Assembly (NCBI GenBank): GCA_020697515.1
Contig: JAIXNB010000023.1
Span: forward strand, 1 to 16,516
Length of the DNA stretch: 16,516 bases
Source of the DNA: Nanobdellota archaeon
GTDB lineage: Archaea; Nanobdellota; Nanobdellia; Nanobdellales; Nanobdellaceae
Direction: 5' to 3'
Position numbers and translations under genes: made by a program. Under the pieces are notes generated by a model. It saw only the letters and a list, made by a program, of their open reading frames with translations, was not told the DNA's origin and made no database searches. Below, in pieces: positions 14,517 through 16,516 of this stretch; within the stretch, counting starts at the first letter, position 1, and the number at the start of each line of letters is the position of its first letter.

Positions 14517-14531
14517 GTTAATTTAGGTTGA

Positions 14532-14927
14532 ATGGTAGAGATTCAGATTAAAAAGGTTATTGATTTGAAACCGGGAAATTATATCTGGTACAACGGGAAA
14601 GTATATAAGGTGATAAATGTAGAAACATCTAAAACAGGAAAGCATGGATCTGCAAAAGCTAGAATAGAAGCCATATCGTTTGACGGTAATAAGGTAGTAA
14701 TAATAAAGCCTACGCAGGATCCCATTGAAGTCCCAATGATTAAAAAGATAAAGGGGCAGGTAATCTCTGTTTTATCAGAAGATAGAGTAATGGTTATGGA
14801 TATGGATACCTATGAAACCTTCGAGGCAGTGGTTACCGATGATCTAAAGGGTAAATTGACTGAAGGACAGAGAGTAGTTGTTTGGGATATAGGAGAAAAA
14901 GTAGTCATGCAGGCTTTCAAAGAATAG
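14532..14927 (+). CDS. eif5a: Translation initiation factor 5A (aIF5A)
   Basis: 131 aa with the hypusination loop ETSKTGKHGSAKA, followed by a C-terminal OB-like domain. Confidence 0.92.
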   Translation: MVEIQIKKVIDLKPGNYIWYNGKVYKVINVETSKTGKHGSAKARIEAISFDGNKVVIIKPTQDPIEVPMIKKIKGQVISVLSEDRVMVMDMDTYETFEAVVTDDLKGKLTEGQRVVVWDIGEKVVMQAFKE

Positions 14928-14931
14928 AACC

Positions 14932-16140
14932 TCAAGATTTTGGAATTATTTTTACTATCTTCCCGTTTTCCAAATTTTTTAAAAATCTTCTAAAATCTAT
15001 CAGAGAATACTGTAGGCTCTCTTTATAAATATCGTCATATGTTTTCTCAAATAGTACTAAGTATTTTAGCTCAGACATAAGTCTATTATACAAGTTAGCT
15101 CTTTCTTTTTCATAAAGTAATTTTGATCTTCTTTTTCTCCCGTCATAATATTCATCCAAATTCTCTGTAAGGATTGTTTCAAACAAGTCATCTATAGCTT
15201 TGTACAATGAATCTTCTTTATCTCTTTCAAATCCAGGGACACTCAAAGTATAGATCATGTAGTCCTCATAAACATAGCTAGGTGTAAAGGATACATGATA
15301 CCCAATTCCATACTTTTCCCTTATCGTTTGAAATACAAGGGAGGATAAACCACCTGATACAAACCGCGCAAATGCTTTAGCTAATATAAAATTATCTATT
15401 GGAACTTTAAAATTCAAAGCATAATATATTTGGTTTTTGGTGTCCATTTGTTGAATAATATCTGAACCATCTCCTTTAGAGGGCTTCTTTTTGGAAATCC
15501 CTCTATCTTCTAACTTGGAGAAATATTCTTTTACAAGAGCTAAATGCCTATTATTAAAATTGCCTTCTACTAAGATAAATATGTTGGAAGGAGTATAATA
15601 TTCAGCCTTGAACTCTTCTAAATCCTCTTTACTTATGCTCTCTACAGTTTCTCTATATCCACCAACAGGATCTCCATAATCGCTCTCTCCAAAAACTGAT
15701 TTTGGAACTGTATCATATAATCTACTTTCCGGGTCATTTTCATATCTTTCCAATTCAGAAATAACTACTTTCTTCTCATTTGAAAATTCGCTTTCTTTAT
15801 ATTTTTCATTTTTAAACATCGAATATAGGATATCTAAAACTTTTGGGAAGCCTTCTGGAACAACTTCTACGATATATGCTGTTAAGAATGTAGATGTAAA
15901 TGCGTTAGCTACTCCTCCATTAAGCTCTAATCCTTCATTTATTTGTTTTGTAGTATACTTATGGTTAGATTTGAACATCATATGCTCTAAAAAATGGGAA
16001 ATCCCTCTTTTATCCTCAGGTTCGTATATGCTACCTATCCTTACACCCACCCCGATTCCTATTGTTTTTGCATCCGGAATCTCTAAAGAGTGTATAATTA
16101 AACCATTGTCTAATATCTCTTTTTTCAATGGAGATGGCAT
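14932..16140 (-). CDS. M16 (pitrilysin) family zinc peptidase
   Basis: Inverted zinc-binding motif HFLEHMMF (HxxEH) near the N-terminus, with a downstream Glu-rich segment VVISELERYEND. The 402-aa length is typical of M16B-type subunits. Confidence 0.8.
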   Translation of the reverse strand: MPSPLKKEILDNGLIIHSLEIPDAKTIGIGVGVRIGSIYEPEDKRGISHFLEHMMFKSNHKYTTKQINEGLELNGGVANAFTSTFLTAYIVEVVPEGFPKVLDILYSMFKNEKYKESEFSNEKKVVISELERYENDPESRLYDTVPKSVFGESDYGDPVGGYRETVESISKEDLEEFKAEYYTPSNIFILVEGNFNNRHLALVKEYFSKLEDRGISKKKPSKGDGSDIIQQMDTKNQIYYALNFKVPIDNFILAKAFARFVSGGLSSLVFQTIREKYGIGYHVSFTPSYVYEDYMIYTLSVPGFERDKEDSLYKAIDDLFETILTENLDEYYDGRKRRSKLLYEKERANLYNRLMSELKYLVLFEKTYDDIYKESLQYSLIDFRRFLKNLENGKIVKIIPKS

Positions 16141-16160
16141 TTTATATTATCCTTTTTAGA

Positions 16161-16516
16161 TTATTTTAAATAGTCCAATAAATTGTTATTTCTCTTCTTA
16201 ACTTTTTTGCTTATCTCATCCGCTATTCTAATAGGCTCCGGATATTGTCCCTTTATCCAAGTTTTTTCTGCAAGTTCTTTAGAACTTTCTAAAGATACTT
16301 TATGACCCGGAGATACATATATGGTTTTGCCATTTTTCTTAATAACCCATCCAATCTGATTACTATCCTTATCATAAATTTTATTCTCTTTTATTTCCCC
16401 GTATAAATGCTTTTTTGTAATTCCCACTGTTGGAATATCTAAAACAACACCTACATAACTGGCTAATCCCATTTTTACCGGATGGGCTATACCTTGTCCA
16501 TTAACAAACAGAACAT
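16161..16516 (-). CDS. nfi: Endonuclease V, partial; the N-terminus lies beyond the right edge of the window
   Basis: The frame stays open upstream of the track's Met. 16473-16514 translates VLFVNGQGIAHPVK and is followed by MGLASYVGVVLDIPTVGITKK...YVSPGH...PEPIRIAD. This matches the EndoV pattern (DG.G.AHPR..G.ASH.GV..D.PT.GV.K ... VS.GH ... PEP.R.AD). Confidence 0.8.
   Translation of the reverse strand, partial: VLFVNGQGIAHPVKMGLASYVGVVLDIPTVGITKKHLYGEIKENKIYDKDSNQIGWVIKKNGKTIYVSPGHKVSLESSKELAEKTWIKGQYPEPIRIADEISKKVKKRNNNLLDYLK

Noticed and set aside
14525-14531. AGGTTGA immediately upstream of the aIF5A ATG, considered as a Shine-Dalgarno site.
   Set aside because: It abuts the start codon with zero spacing and is only a partial match to GGAGGTGA. 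The promoter spacing favours a leaderless transcript.
10257-16159. Antisense ORFs at 10257-10457, 13267-13452, 14153-14494 and 15971-16159.
   Set aside because: Same reasoning. Each is a shadow of a better-supported gene on the opposite strand.
1-16516. Searched for CRISPR repeats, transposase or integrase genes, terminal inverted repeats and known defence-system gene sets.
   Set aside because: No regularly spaced direct repeats were seen, and no recombinase-like or defence-like ORFs. The Rad50/Mre11 pair carries the canonical repair-type motifs and zinc hook and sits in a housekeeping context.

Overview
This is an AT-rich, very tightly packed archaeal window. Hand counts on sampled 60-nt lines of ordinary genes give about 22-32% G+C. 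Most genes are on the minus strand, several overlap by ATGA or TAATG, and convergent gene ends lie only 4-18 nt apart. The one tRNA has all-G:C stems in this AT-rich background, which suggests a (hyper)thermophile. Short proteins and minimal spacers suggest a reduced genome, possibly Nanoarchaeota/DPANN-like, but that is inference only.

Recognisable content, left to right:
- UMP kinase
- a ThiS/MoaD-type ubiquitin-like protein ending in GG
- tRNA-Thr(UGU)
- a translationally coupled operon of a 152-aa ORF, Mre11 and Rad50
- a Cys-rich pilin-like protein followed by an RPA/SSB-like OB-fold protein
- a four-gene type IV pilus-like operon (prepilin, two N-terminally anchored proteins, a FlaI/PilB-family ATPase)
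- a coiled-coil protein with a proline-rich tail
- thermosome
- a Fap7-like P-loop kinase
- a small membrane protein
- endonuclease III
- aIF5A
- an M16 zinc peptidase
- endonuclease V, which runs off the right edge

No CRISPR array, transposase or integrase was seen.

The observations most worth a second look:
1. The pilus-like locus has no FlaJ/PilC/TadC platform gene and no prepilin peptidase. A compositionally atypical Cys-rich secreted protein sits next to it.
2. A roughly 113-nt G-rich spacer at 50-162 looks like an unassigned structured RNA.
3. TATA-like boxes sit about 22-30 nt upstream of start codons and of the mature tRNA 5' end, implying mostly leaderless transcripts and possibly a leaderless tRNA.
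4. The mre11-rad50 operon lacks herA and nurA and is headed by an uncharacterised small gene.
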